From Polyangiaceae bacterium (lineage in GTDB: Bacteria > Myxococcota_A > Polyangia > Polyangiales > Polyangiaceae): 64,000 nt of DNA. The position numbers were made by a program, and so were the translations under genes. The notes under the pieces are model-generated. The model was not told the origin of the DNA, made no database searches, and was given only the letters and a program-made list of their open reading frames with translations. Of this stretch, positions 19,963 to 30,066 are shown in pieces. Numbering within the stretch: the stretch's first letter is position 1; the number at the start of each line of letters is the position of its first letter. Location of the stretch: the NCBI GenBank assembly GCA_044222475.1, contig JBGANF010000031.1:1-64000 (forward strand), read 5' to 3'.

Positions 19963-20973
19963 ATGAACCGCTTCCTTCCTTCGCTTCTGTTCGCGCTTCC
20001 TTTGGCTTCGACTCTCGCGCTCGTCGGCTGCGGCTCCGCATCGACGAGCGGCTCCACCGGCGTCCCGAGCGGGACGCCGGCCGGGCAGGGCCCAGGCTCC
20101 GGCGTCCTCACCGCCGGAGCCTGGGACGACAACCGCAACTTCGCTTCCTTCCAAGAGCTGCTCGCTCGACGGTCCGCGCTCGACGTACCGCTCCCCGCCG
20201 ACGGCCGCGCGTCCGCGCGCGACCTGTTCGCCGGAGATCGACCCGCGCGCCAGACGCTCGACGTCGCGATCGTGATCGACACGACGGGCAGCATGGGCGA
20301 CGAGATCCGCTACGTGCAGGCCGAGTTCCAGACGCTCGCGGCGAGCATCGAGGCGCGGTTTCCCCAGTCGCAACAGCGATGGGCTCTCGTCGCGTACAAG
20401 GACGACGGGGACGAGTACGTCGTCCGCAAGCTCGACTTCACCGGCGATCGCTCGCTCTTCCAGACCAAGCTCGGCGAGCTCTCGGCCAGCGGTGGCGGCG
20501 ACTTCCCCGAGGCGCCCGATCAAGCGCTCGCCGCGGCGAACCAGCTCGCTTGGCGCGCCGGCGACACGAACGCGCGGCTCGAGTTCTGGATCGCCGATGC
20601 GCCGTACCATGACGGGAAACAGGCCGCGATCGCCAGCGCCATCGCGATCGCACGAAACCAGGGGATCCACGTGTACCCGATCGCCGCGAGCGGAATCGAC
20701 GCGCGGACCGAAGTCGTGATGCGCAGCGCCGCGCAGTACACCGGCGGGCGTTACCTCTTCCTCACCGACGACTCCGGGGTCGGCGGATCCCACATCGAGC
20801 CGAGCGTCCCCTGCTACTTCGTGACCAAGCTCGACAAGGCGGTCACGCGCATGGTGAGCATCGAGCTGTCGGGGAAATACGAAGAGCCCGTGGCGAGTGA
20901 CGTGATCCGGACCGGGGGCGATCCGAAGAACGGCAGCTGCGTCCTCGGCGAGAAGACGGTCAGCGTCTTCTGA
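19963..20973 (+). CDS. VWA (MIDAS) domain lipoprotein
   Basis: LVGC lipobox; IVIDTTGSM, GGGDFPEA, IADAPYH. Confidence 0.88.
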   Translation: MNRFLPSLLFALPLASTLALVGCGSASTSGSTGVPSGTPAGQGPGSGVLTAGAWDDNRNFASFQELLARRSALDVPLPADGRASARDLFAGDRPARQTLDVAIVIDTTGSMGDEIRYVQAEFQTLAASIEARFPQSQQRWALVAYKDDGDEYVVRKLDFTGDRSLFQTKLGELSASGGGDFPEAPDQALAAANQLAWRAGDTNARLEFWIADAPYHDGKQAAIASAIAIARNQGIHVYPIAASGIDARTEVVMRSAAQYTGGRYLFLTDDSGVGGSHIEPSVPCYFVTKLDKAVTRMVSIELSGKYEEPVASDVIRTGGDPKNGSCVLGEKTVSVF

Positions 20974-20977
20974 GCGC

Positions 20978-21403
20978 TCAGCGACGCGCAGCTCGACACA
21001 CGGCGTCCACGCACACGGCTCGCCAGCTCTCGGCGGCTTCGACCGGTTTGCAGAGCGCATCGCACTTCGCGCACTTGACCTTCATCGTCGCGCAGCGGTT
21101 GCGCTCGCGTAGGAGGTCGACCTTGGTGATCGCGCGCGGCGGAAGCCCGCAGCACGCGCAGCAGTCCGGGCTCGCGTTCGTGACGGCGCACTCGTCGTCG
21201 CGGGCACACGGTCCCCCCTGCCCCGGGTGCAGCTCGAGCGACGACGCGGGCGGAGCCGACGGCGCGTCCACGACGGCGGTGACGTCGACGGTCGCAGCGT
21301 CCACCGGCTCGATGAGCACGGTCGCCGGCTCCGCCGGCTTGGGCTCGCATGCGACGAGCGCGAGCGCAGCGCCGAAGACCGATGCGAACGACCGACCGAG
21401 CAT
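20978..21403 (-). CDS. Cys-rich lipoprotein
   Basis: LVAC lipobox; CARDDEC, DCCACC, CVDAVC. Confidence 0.75.
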   Translation of the reverse strand: MLGRSFASVFGAALALVACEPKPAEPATVLIEPVDAATVDVTAVVDAPSAPPASSLELHPGQGGPCARDDECAVTNASPDCCACCGLPPRAITKVDLLRERNRCATMKVKCAKCDALCKPVEAAESWRAVCVDAVCRAARR

Positions 21404-21425
21404 CCCTTGATGCTACACTTCCTTC

Positions 21426-21716
21426 GTGGCGGGGCCCTGGACGTGCGCGAAGTGCAACCACGTGGTCCCTGACGGGCGACCGCGCTGCATGTACTGCGGC
21501 TCGTCGAAGGACGGCGTGAGCGCGGGCCCGGCGGCGGTGATCAAGCGACCGGACGTGGCGCGAACGGCGAGCACCAGCGAGGTCGGCGGGTGGCTAGAGC
21601 GTCATCGAACGACGATCGACGTCGCTCTCCTCGTGCTCGCGCTTCCGATCGCGGTCCTGTCGATCACGACGAGCCTGCTGGTCAAGATCGTCCTGCGCTT
21701 GCTGAGGAGACGCTGA
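21426..21716 (+). CDS. Small zinc-ribbon (RanBP2-like spacing) membrane protein
   Basis: WTCAKC-x10-CMYC plus C-terminal TM; TGCTACACT -10-like box upstream. Confidence 0.7.
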   Translation: MAGPWTCAKCNHVVPDGRPRCMYCGSSKDGVSAGPAAVIKRPDVARTASTSEVGGWLERHRTTIDVALLVLALPIAVLSITTSLLVKIVLRLLRRR

Positions 21717-21931
21717 TGGAAGAGATCCTGCGCGGACTGCGACCGGTGACGTTCATCTTCTGGGGCTTGGTCCTCATCGTGGCAGCGTGGGTGGCGTGGA
21801 GTGGTGCCACCGAAGAGAGCTCGTGGTTGGCCCACGCGGCGTTTCCCGTGCTCGTCGTGTCGTGGATCGCGGGAGTCACCCTGATGATCCGCGTCAAGCT
21901 CCGCGGCGGGTCCGACAGCTTCGCCGACTGA
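21716..21931 (+). CDS. Small 2-TM membrane protein
   Basis: ATG overlaps upstream stop (TGATG), GAGGAG SD, two hydrophobic helices. Confidence 0.68.
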   Translation: MEEILRGLRPVTFIFWGLVLIVAAWVAWSGATEESSWLAHAAFPVLVVSWIAGVTLMIRVKLRGGSDSFAD

Positions 21932-21964
21932 GATCTTCTCCCCGAGTGGTCCGTCGTAGGGGCG

Positions 21965-23611
21965 ATGTCGCTCGCACCTTCCCGTTGGCTTCTCGTTCTC
22001 CCGTGGCTCGTGATGGGATGCCACGCGGCACAGCCCCCCGCGGCGCCGGCCGCGACGGCGGACGAGAAGGACGACGGCTGGAGCGATGGCATCGCACGAG
22101 GGACGTACGACACGTGCCCGGCGCTCCGCGCGTCGACGTCGTCACGCACGCTCCCGGCGCGCAAGGTCCGCCGCGTGACGTGTGGGGATTGGTGCAACGC
22201 GCAAACGGTGGAGATCGTCGGGGACGCGCCGAGCATCGCGTGGGGCAAACCGGTGCTCGAACGCGTCGGGCTGCGGGTGGTCGGTCGGGGCGAGAGCCCG
22301 GACGTGCGGATCGAGCTCTCGGTGACGAGCGTGTCGCACACCGGGTCGGGCGGCATGACGTGTCACCCGCAGCTCGGTTGCGCGGGAGGTCCCGCCCCAT
22401 CGTGGTCGACGTGGGAAGGCGGCTTCACCATGCTCGACCACGACGGAAAGCCGATCGCGAGGACCGACGGCGATCGGCTCGAGCCCGGTCTGGTCCGAGC
22501 GCTGGCCGAACACCGCGGCGGGCGAACGTTCGGTCTCGTCGCCGGGTCGAGGTTCGGCCCGGTGGGGTGGCAGGATCTCGGACCTCTCTTCTCGGCACCG
22601 AACGACTGGACGACCGACCCCGCCGCGCGTGCGCTCTTGCCCGAGCTCGTCGACGCAGAGCTGAAGAGTCAGAGCAAGGATGCCGTCTACCTGTCGCTCG
22701 TGGATCCCGATTGGGGATGCTCGAAGGAGATCGCGCCGCGCATCCCATCGCTCGCAGACGGGATTCGCGCCGGCGATCTCGAGGCGATTCGCGTCGGAGC
22801 CTACGTCGCCGATCCGCGGATCACGGCTGCGCTCGTGGACCGCGCCCGCGCCCCCGGCGGTCTGAACGATCTCCTCGTGAGGGCGCTCCGCCATCGAGGC
22901 GGATCGGACGTCGACGGTGCGCTCGCGCTCGCCGCCGAGCGCACCGCCCGCGGCGACGACTCGCTCGACCTCGGCTTGCAGCTGTGGCTCAGCCTCCGTG
23001 CGCACGCCGACGAGCACGGCGATCCGGCCACGGTCCTCGGCGCGGTGCACTTCTTCGGTACGCAGAGGCAGATCGCGCGCGCGCTCGATGCCCTCGACGG
23101 GTCGAACGATCCTCGCTCGACCTACCTGATCGACCTCCCGCTGATGGTGGGCAACACCTCGGCCGAGGTGGAAGCGAAGGCGGTAGCCATGCTTGCCCGA
23201 AGGGGCGCGCTCGGCACGATGCTCCTCGCGAAGTGGCTCTCGTTCCACGAGGTCGAGCAAGCAACGCATGCGCCGTGGGATCCCGCGGCGCCTTCGCGCC
23301 CGCTCGAGTCGGAGCGCGCGCTCGTCGACGCGGCGATCGAGCGGACGCGCCGCGAGCGCGTCCCCGACCTGGACGCAGCGATCGCGCTGCTCGAACGCTT
23401 CCACCAACGAGCGTGGACGACCGTCACGACGCTCGAGCGCCTGCTCGCCCGCTCGCAGGATCCGGCGGTCGACGTCGCGCTCGAGAAGACCTACGCCAGC
23501 GATCAGGACCCCGAGCTCAGCTGGGCGCTCTGCCTCGGCGTTCGACGCGGCGCTGCGAGCGCGCGGGCGCGCGCAGCCGGCACCGACGTCCTCCGTCGAT
23601 GCGCTAGTTGA
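21965..23611 (+). CDS. Hypothetical lipoprotein with helical (HEAT-like) C-terminal half
   Basis: LVMGC lipobox-like; 548-aa ORF filling the gap between neighbours. Confidence 0.68.
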   Translation: MSLAPSRWLLVLPWLVMGCHAAQPPAAPAATADEKDDGWSDGIARGTYDTCPALRASTSSRTLPARKVRRVTCGDWCNAQTVEIVGDAPSIAWGKPVLERVGLRVVGRGESPDVRIELSVTSVSHTGSGGMTCHPQLGCAGGPAPSWSTWEGGFTMLDHDGKPIARTDGDRLEPGLVRALAEHRGGRTFGLVAGSRFGPVGWQDLGPLFSAPNDWTTDPAARALLPELVDAELKSQSKDAVYLSLVDPDWGCSKEIAPRIPSLADGIRAGDLEAIRVGAYVADPRITAALVDRARAPGGLNDLLVRALRHRGGSDVDGALALAAERTARGDDSLDLGLQLWLSLRAHADEHGDPATVLGAVHFFGTQRQIARALDALDGSNDPRSTYLIDLPLMVGNTSAEVEAKAVAMLARRGALGTMLLAKWLSFHEVEQATHAPWDPAAPSRPLESERALVDAAIERTRRERVPDLDAAIALLERFHQRAWTTVTTLERLLARSQDPAVDVALEKTYASDQDPELSWALCLGVRRGAASARARAAGTDVLRRCAS

Positions 23612-23644
23612 ACCTTCCGCTGGCTTCGGCGCCCGAGGCGCGCG

Positions 23645-25543
23645 ATGCTACGCCTCGTGCGCGCCCATCTGATTCAGTCGATCGCGATCGCCGTCGGTCT
23701 CGGCGTCGGCTTGTTCGCCACCCTCCCCCTCGCCCACGGTGACGCCAAGTCGCCGACGATCGGCGTCGACGAGATCAAGGAGGGCATGAAGGGCTACGGG
23801 CTCACGGTGTTCCACGGCTACGAGCCCGAGCGGTTCGACGTCGAGGTCATCGGCGTGCTCCACAACTTCCGCCCCTCGCAGGACCTCATCCTCGTGAAGA
23901 CGCCGCACCCGCGGCTCAACATCACGAAGAACGTCCAGGGCATGAGCGGCAGCCCCATCTACTTCGACGGTCGGCTCGCCGGCGCCTACGCCTACTCGCT
24001 GCGCACGTTCATGACCGAGCCCGTCGCCGGCGTGACGCCGATCGCGCCGATGCTCACCGAGCTTCACCGGCCCATTCCTCCCGGGTTCTGGCCGCTCGAA
24101 GGTCGCGCGCCGCTCCCCGCCGGGCAGACGCCGCCACCTGCGCCGAAGCCGCGCGCCGACGCGTCGGACCCGATGCGCTGGGACGGTGTACCAGGAGAGT
24201 ACGACGCGCTCGCGCACGCGAAGCAGATCGGCGATCGCATCGGCTACCGCGACGACGGCCGCGGGATCGTCCCCGTCGCGACGCCGCTCCTCGCGGCCGG
24301 CTTCGGCGACAAGGCGATGGCGATGCTCCGACAGATCTACTCGCCGATGGGCCTCGAGCCCTTGCAGGCCGGCGGCGGGACCACGCCGGTCGCGGCGGCC
24401 GGCGCCATTCCGTCGCACTTCGTCGACGGCGGATCGCTCGGCGTGCAGCTCGCCCGCGGCGACATCTCGCTGATGGGCCTCGGCACCGTGACCCACGTCG
24501 AGGGCACGCGCCTCTGCGGCTTCGGTCACCCGATGATGAGCGCGGGCGACACGGCGATGCCGACCGCCCTCGGCCGCGTCCTCTGGATCTACGCGAGCGA
24601 TCAGCACAGCTTCAAGGTCGGCGAGGCAGTCAAACCGCTCGGCACGCTCGTCAACGATCGCCAGAGCGCGGTCGTCGTCGACGAGACGAAGACGGCTCCC
24701 ACGTTCCCGATCCACGTCGCCGTCAAGGGCGTGACCGGCGCGGTCCGGCTCGATTGGCACGCCGAGGCATCGGAGGACAAGTTCTCGAGCGCGTCGCTGA
24801 CCGCCACCGTCCTCGGTGGCGTCGTCGAAGCGACCATCGGCGATCGCCGCGATCTCACCTGGACGATGCACTCGAAGCTCGCGATCCGCGGCCACGGCAC
24901 GATCGAGCTCGACGACTTCGGCGTGGCGATAGGCGGCATGCCCGACGCGGGCGAGTTCTTCCAGGCGCGGATCGTCCGGGCCCTCGGCGACTCGCTCAAC
25001 AACCCGTGGGAGAACACCCACATCGACGGCGTCGAAGCGACGCTCTCGGTCGAGTACGGGCGCGACGTCCTTCGCCTCCGCGGCGTCGACGTGCTCGACC
25101 CGGTCGTCGACGCGGGCGAGAAGGCGCGCTTCGTCCTCCACCTGCGGCCGTTCAGCGGGAACGAAGTCACCAAGACGGTGGAGCTGACGATCCCGCCCGA
25201 GCTCGCCGGCAAGGACGTCGAGGTCGAGGTGCTCCCCGGCTACGACGTCGCGCCCGACGTCGCCGCGCCGGAGACGCTCGATCAGCTGCTCCGCAACGCG
25301 ACCCGGCAGAGCTTCCGCCCGCAGAGTGTCGTCTTGCAGGTGAAGACCCCCGCACAGGGCGTCGCGTTCGACGGCAAAGTCGCCCCGGCGCTCCCCCGCT
25401 TCGCGCTCGACGCGCTGCGGCCAGCGACGACGACGGTGGCCCCGGAGCCGTTCGCCTCGTACGCGCGCTCGATCACCGCAGTCGACGCGTACATCGAAGG
25501 GCGCGACAAGGTGAAGATCCGCGTGAGACCGAAGCTGAGGTGA
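23645..25543 (+). CDS. SpoIVB peptidase S55 domain protein (exported)
   Basis: GMKGYGLTVF, QGMSGSPIY, GTVT...GFGHPM. Confidence 0.9.
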   Translation: MLRLVRAHLIQSIAIAVGLGVGLFATLPLAHGDAKSPTIGVDEIKEGMKGYGLTVFHGYEPERFDVEVIGVLHNFRPSQDLILVKTPHPRLNITKNVQGMSGSPIYFDGRLAGAYAYSLRTFMTEPVAGVTPIAPMLTELHRPIPPGFWPLEGRAPLPAGQTPPPAPKPRADASDPMRWDGVPGEYDALAHAKQIGDRIGYRDDGRGIVPVATPLLAAGFGDKAMAMLRQIYSPMGLEPLQAGGGTTPVAAAGAIPSHFVDGGSLGVQLARGDISLMGLGTVTHVEGTRLCGFGHPMMSAGDTAMPTALGRVLWIYASDQHSFKVGEAVKPLGTLVNDRQSAVVVDETKTAPTFPIHVAVKGVTGAVRLDWHAEASEDKFSSASLTATVLGGVVEATIGDRRDLTWTMHSKLAIRGHGTIELDDFGVAIGGMPDAGEFFQARIVRALGDSLNNPWENTHIDGVEATLSVEYGRDVLRLRGVDVLDPVVDAGEKARFVLHLRPFSGNEVTKTVELTIPPELAGKDVEVEVLPGYDVAPDVAAPETLDQLLRNATRQSFRPQSVVLQVKTPAQGVAFDGKVAPALPRFALDALRPATTTVAPEPFASYARSITAVDAYIEGRDKVKIRVRPKLR

Positions 25544-28080
25544 GCGCTTTGCGAATCTCGTCGTACCTTTTTGGGATAGCGGCCGTCGTCGCGCTCGTAC
25601 CGAGCGCTTGTTCGAGCACCCCCGAGGAGCCGGCCGCCGCGCCCGCGTTCGACTTCGGCACGAAAGAGATCTCGGTCCACGTCGGCACCGATCCGTTCGC
25701 GCTGATCGTGAAGAACGCCAAGGGCGACGTCATGCTCCAGTCGCTGGACGGCGACGACAAGTACGCCAGCCTCGGGGCGACCCACCGCACCGTCGTGTTC
25801 AAGACCCACCTCGTCGAGGGCTGGGACTACCAACGCCAGACCGACGGAACGTTCACCCGCTTCCGCAAGGTCGTCCGCGAGACTCACGCGCAGGACTCCG
25901 CGTCGTTCGATCTCGAGAGCGGCGGGATGACGACCCACGTCGATCTGAAGATCACCGGCTCGGAGCTCCGGGTCGACGCCAAAGTCACCGCCCCGGCGCA
26001 AGCCAAGCTGCCCGACGACGAGGCGCTCCCCGGGACCAACCTGGCGACGATGGCGTTCACGCTCCCGGCCGACGAGCACTTCTTCGGCCTCGGCGAGCGT
26101 CTCGTCACCGTCGATCACCGCGGAACGACCTACGAGTCCTGGGTCGAAGAGGGCGGCATCGGCGGCGGCGAGGCCGCGCCGCACTCGGCGGAGAACCCGT
26201 CGCCCAACGGGCCGCAGATGTCGCACGCGCCGATCCCGTTCTTCCTTTCGACCAAGGGCTACGGCGTCTTCCTCGACACCGGGTACCGCACCGGGACGTC
26301 GTTCGGCGGCGAGCGGCCCGATGCGTGGCGCTTCTGGTCGACCGAGCCCGCGGTGCACATGTCGATCTTCGTCCACGAGGATCCGAAGGCGTCGCTCGCC
26401 GATTTCACCCAGAAGACCGGCCGCGCGACCTTGCCGGCGCCGTGGGTCTTCGGGCCGCGGCGCCGCATGGACTTCCGCAAGCTCGTCAACGGCGTCCCCG
26501 AGATGGAGCTCCTTCGTACCAAAAAGGTACCAACCACCGCCGGCGACGACGCGACCCACTTCCTGCCGATCGGCTCGCAGGTCGGGCGCGAGGCCGAGCT
26601 CACGGCCTGGGTGGCGGACCTCCACAAGTGGGGCTTCAAGGCGATCTCCTACTACAACGCCTACGTCTCCGTGACCGATGCGCGCGCCAAGGCCGACGCC
26701 GACGAGGGCAAGGCCAAGGGGTACTTCGTCAAGGACGTGAACGGCCAAGAGAGCGACGTCTTCATGATCAGCGCCGGCCCGCAGACCGTCGCGACGATCG
26801 ACATGACGAACCCGGCGGCCGTCGCCTGGTACGGGACGCTCCTCCAGCGCGCGATCGACATGGGCTACGACGGGTGGATGCTCGACTTCGGCGAGTACAT
26901 GCGCGCCGACGCGAAGACGTTCGACGGCAAGCTCGGCTGGGAAGGGCACAACCTTTTCCCGGTGCAGTACCAGAAGGCCACCTGGGACTACATGCGCAAG
27001 GTGAAGGGGAACGACTTCATGTACTTCGCGCGCGCGGGGTACACGGGGACCCAGGCGTTCATCCCGGTGCACTGGTCGGGAGACCCGGCGGCGAGCTTCG
27101 ACGACGTGAAGGGGCTGCCGGCGCAGGTGCGCGCGGGCGTGAACTCCGGCATCTCGGGCATCCCCTACTGGGGCAGCGACATCAGCGGCTACACCTGCCA
27201 GAACGATCCTCCGGCCGACAAGGAGGTCTACCTCCGCTGGGTCGAGTTCGGAGCGCTCTCGTCCGACATGCACCACGAGAACGCGTGCTCCGGTCTGCAA
27301 CAGGGAAAGAAGTGGGAGCTCTGGGACGACGACGAGACGATCCAAGTCTACGGCGACTACGCGCGGCTCCACACGCGGCTGTTCCCTTATTTGTATAGTA
27401 CAGCCAACGAGGCGGTCGTGAACGGCATGCCCGTGATGCGTCACCCTTGGCTCGAGAACCCGACGGCCAAAGAAGCGTGGGCGGTCGACCTCGAGTACTA
27501 CTTCGGGCCGTCGCTCTACGTCGCGCCGGTCGTGCGGCGCGGCTCGGTGAAGCGAAGCGCGTGGATCCCGCCGGGGACGTGGGCCGATTGGTGGACGCTC
27601 GCGAAGGTGAACGGCGGCGCCGTCATCGAGCGCGACGCGCCCCTCGCGACGCTGCCGATGTGGCAGAAGTCGGGCACGCTGATCGCGATGCTCGATCCGT
27701 CGATCGAGACGCTCGCCCCCGCGACCGAGCCGACGGTCGTCACGATGGAGAAGGTCGCGGACGTCCTCGACGTGCGCGGCGTCGTGTCCGCCGGCGCCGG
27801 CGCGAACGCGACCGCGACGCTGATGGACGGCGCGACGCTGACGGCGAAGCTGACTGGAGCCGCCGCGCTGCCGAGCGGATTCACCACCGCCGCGACCGAT
27901 GGGGATCTCCTCACGTGCAGCGACTGCGGCAAGATCGACCCGACGCCCGACGGAGGCGTGCGCGTGCGCGTCAACGGGACGCTCGGCACGAAGAGCGCGA
28001 TCACCGCAGGCGGGCTCGTGCTCACGAGCGACGCAGGACCGGCGCGAAGGGTGCGATGGGACGTCGTCGTACTGCCGTGA
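25540..28080 (+). CDS. Glycoside hydrolase family 31 lipoprotein
   Basis: GTG overlaps the S55 stop; EHFFGLGER, GWMLDFGE nucleophile, HWSGD acid/base, WGSDISGY, YLRWVEFG. Confidence 0.92.
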   Translation: MSALRISSYLFGIAAVVALVPSACSSTPEEPAAAPAFDFGTKEISVHVGTDPFALIVKNAKGDVMLQSLDGDDKYASLGATHRTVVFKTHLVEGWDYQRQTDGTFTRFRKVVRETHAQDSASFDLESGGMTTHVDLKITGSELRVDAKVTAPAQAKLPDDEALPGTNLATMAFTLPADEHFFGLGERLVTVDHRGTTYESWVEEGGIGGGEAAPHSAENPSPNGPQMSHAPIPFFLSTKGYGVFLDTGYRTGTSFGGERPDAWRFWSTEPAVHMSIFVHEDPKASLADFTQKTGRATLPAPWVFGPRRRMDFRKLVNGVPEMELLRTKKVPTTAGDDATHFLPIGSQVGREAELTAWVADLHKWGFKAISYYNAYVSVTDARAKADADEGKAKGYFVKDVNGQESDVFMISAGPQTVATIDMTNPAAVAWYGTLLQRAIDMGYDGWMLDFGEYMRADAKTFDGKLGWEGHNLFPVQYQKATWDYMRKVKGNDFMYFARAGYTGTQAFIPVHWSGDPAASFDDVKGLPAQVRAGVNSGISGIPYWGSDISGYTCQNDPPADKEVYLRWVEFGALSSDMHHENACSGLQQGKKWELWDDDETIQVYGDYARLHTRLFPYLYSTANEAVVNGMPVMRHPWLENPTAKEAWAVDLEYYFGPSLYVAPVVRRGSVKRSAWIPPGTWADWWTLAKVNGGAVIERDAPLATLPMWQKSGTLIAMLDPSIETLAPATEPTVVTMEKVADVLDVRGVVSAGAGANATATLMDGATLTAKLTGAAALPSGFTTAATDGDLLTCSDCGKIDPTPDGGVRVRVNGTLGTKSAITAGGLVLTSDAGPARRVRWDVVVLP

Positions 28081-28424
28081 AGCGCGTCGCGCTCGTTGCG
28101 CTACTGCTGTGTGCAGGTTGCCGCTCCGCGATGACGACTACGATCGAGAACCGCGGCGCTCCCGTCGACCTCTCGTACCTCTGCGGCGACGCGATGTACG
28201 AGACCAAGCTCGCGACCGGCGCGAGCGTGACGTGGAAACCGGTCGCGAACGCGTGCTCGCTCGACATCAAGGGGCCGAGCACCGGGCGGGATCTGACCCT
28301 GAAGAACGTCTGCGCCGCGAGCACCTGCGAGGTGGGGATCTCGGCCATGACCGGATCGCCAGCGACGCTGCGCGGAAGCGGCCACATCGACGTGGTCGGG
28401 AGCGTCGCGACCGTCGGGCCCTGA
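28077..28424 (+). CDS. Small lipoprotein
   Basis: GTG overlaps the GH31 stop; KRVALVALLLCAGC lipobox. Confidence 0.7.
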   Translation: MKRVALVALLLCAGCRSAMTTTIENRGAPVDLSYLCGDAMYETKLATGASVTWKPVANACSLDIKGPSTGRDLTLKNVCAASTCEVGISAMTGSPATLRGSGHIDVVGSVATVGP

Positions 28425-28470
28425 AGACGCTTTCTTGGCCGCTGGAGCGAGCGCTTCGTACGATCGCACC

Positions 28471-28575
28471 ATGACGATCGACGCTCAGTTCAAGGCGCGC
28501 CTCCTCTTCGCTCTGCTCGGGTCGGCCTCCGCGGCGTTCTTCGGAGTCGCGGCGGACGCGATGGGAATGTTCTGA
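28471..28575 (+). CDS. Candidate 34-aa single-TM small protein (absent from the ORF track)
   Basis: MTIDAQFKARLLFALLGSASAAFFGVAADAMGMF*; GC-rich third positions; TACGAT 6 nt upstream. Confidence 0.5.
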   Translation: MTIDAQFKARLLFALLGSASAAFFGVAADAMGMF

Positions 28576-28582
28576 CGACAGC

Positions 28583-29320
28583 TCACAGCGTCCCGCCTTC
28601 GGGCCAGTTCTTCCAGTGCGTGTTCGGCGGGGCGCTCGGTCGGTAGGCCCCCACGTCGCCCGTCTCGAGCACGCCGGCCAGCTGTTGGAACGTCTCGGAC
28701 TGGCTCGGCAGCGCGCCTTCGCAGACGTCCGGGTGGTACCACGCGTCGAGTTGAAGAACCCTGACCATCTCGGGTCGCACACTCACTCGTTGCTCGGTGG
28801 GCGTCGCGAGCACCAGCTCGCGATCGACGGCCGCGAGATACCGACAGAGCTCGAAGACCTCGACGCGATCGGGGTGCGCGAGTTCGACACCGACACGCGC
28901 ATAGGCTTCGCGCGAAGGCAGCGGTCTCTCGTGCCCACGGACGAGGACGGTTGTGGCGCTTTCGGCGACGTGCTCGCCGTCCTCGGCGGCAGTCCAGTCC
29001 CCCTCGTCGATCGGGTAGAACGACCTGAAGTCGTCGTGCGGATGGGTTGCCAGGTAGCGCTCGAACGCCGCCTCGCTGACGTAGTCCTGCGAGCGATTGC
29101 GGTCGCGAAGACGGCTGGCGAACGTCTCCACGTAGACCGACGGGTACCCCTCTCGCGGAGAGTAGCCGAACAGCTCGAAGACGAACGCCCAGTCCTCGTC
29201 GGAGCGGTGAAGCGATAGACGGCTGGCCGCGAGGTAGAAGTATCCATTGTCGAGCGCCGGGAACCTCGTGTCGGCGCAGGAGCGGTCGAGGATCGCGAGG
29301 ATGTGCGCGGCGGAGTCCAC
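28583..29320 (-). CDS. Conserved hypothetical protein (DUF7003-like; possible toxin-immunity protein)
   Basis: FPALDNGYFYLAASRLSL...WAFVFELFGY...LQLDAWYHPD...PNTHWKNW; family name recalled, not searched. Confidence 0.72.
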   Translation of the reverse strand: MDSAAHILAILDRSCADTRFPALDNGYFYLAASRLSLHRSDEDWAFVFELFGYSPREGYPSVYVETFASRLRDRNRSQDYVSEAAFERYLATHPHDDFRSFYPIDEGDWTAAEDGEHVAESATTVLVRGHERPLPSREAYARVGVELAHPDRVEVFELCRYLAAVDRELVLATPTEQRVSVRPEMVRVLQLDAWYHPDVCEGALPSQSETFQQLAGVLETGDVGAYRPSAPPNTHWKNWPEGGTL

Positions 29321-29359
29321 CTAGGGCGAGCATACCCCTCTGCGGCATGCCGTCGAACC

Positions 29360-29387
29360 TTGACGGAGGACGATCACGACATATGAT
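29360..29387 (+). promoter_or_regulatory. Putative sigma70 promoter of the RAYT-like gene
   Basis: TTGACG-N16-TATGAT upstream of ATG 29401. Confidence 0.55.
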
Positions 29388-29400
29388 TGCCTTATTCAAG

Positions 29401-30066
29401 ATGACTGCAAAGCAACTCGAGCTACCGCTCCGTGGGCGCACTTGGGGTGGCGCTCGTCCCGGAGCCGGCCGAAAGCCGGGTGCGCGGCGGAAGGTGCCTC
29501 ACGTTGCCCGGCCATCGCATCGGGCGAGTCACCCGGTGCACGTCACCGTGCGCGCTCGGGGCGGGCTCCCGTCGTTTCGCGAAGAGGCGATCGCGTCGGC
29601 CCTACGCGAGGCGATCGCGGCATCGGGTCGGTCGCCCATCCTCGGGAGCTCGTTTCGCGTCGTCCATTTCTCGGTGCAGACGAACCACGTGCATCTGATC
29701 GTCGAAGCGCGCGACAAAGCGTCTCTCTCCCGCGGCATGCGCGGCTTGAACACCCGCCTCGCGCGGACGGTGAACCGTGTGCTCCGCGTGCGCGGACGCG
29801 TCTGGGGTGAGCGCTATCACGCGCATGACCTTCGGACACCGCGTGAGGTGCGCAACGCGATCGTCTACGTGCTCATGAACGCGAAGAAGCACGGCGTGCG
29901 GCTCAGCGGGCTCGATCGCTTCTCGTCGGCGCCGTGGTTCGACGGCTTCGCGAACGTCCGCCCTTCGTCTTCGCCGCCGCCGACAGCAGAGCCGAAGACG
30001 TGGCTCGCCAACGTCGGATGGCGGCAGCGCGGTCTCCTCCGGATCGGGGATCGGCCCGCTTCCTAG
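29401..30066 (+). mobile_element. HUH/Y1 tyrosine transposase (IS200-like fold, RAYT-type) CDS
   Basis: HVTVR, NHVHLIVE (HUH), VWGERYH, IVYVLMNAKKH (catalytic Tyr); GGARPGAGRKP N-terminus. Confidence 0.85.

Noticed and set aside
25540..28080. GH31 as sulfoquinovosidase YihQ
   Set aside because: Nucleophile motif is similar, but the sulfonate-binding segment is not evident and no sulfoglycolysis genes are nearby
29401..30066. IS200/IS605 element with TnpB/IscB and omega RNA
   Set aside because: No RuvC-type ORF and no room for a non-coding RNA or terminal hairpins
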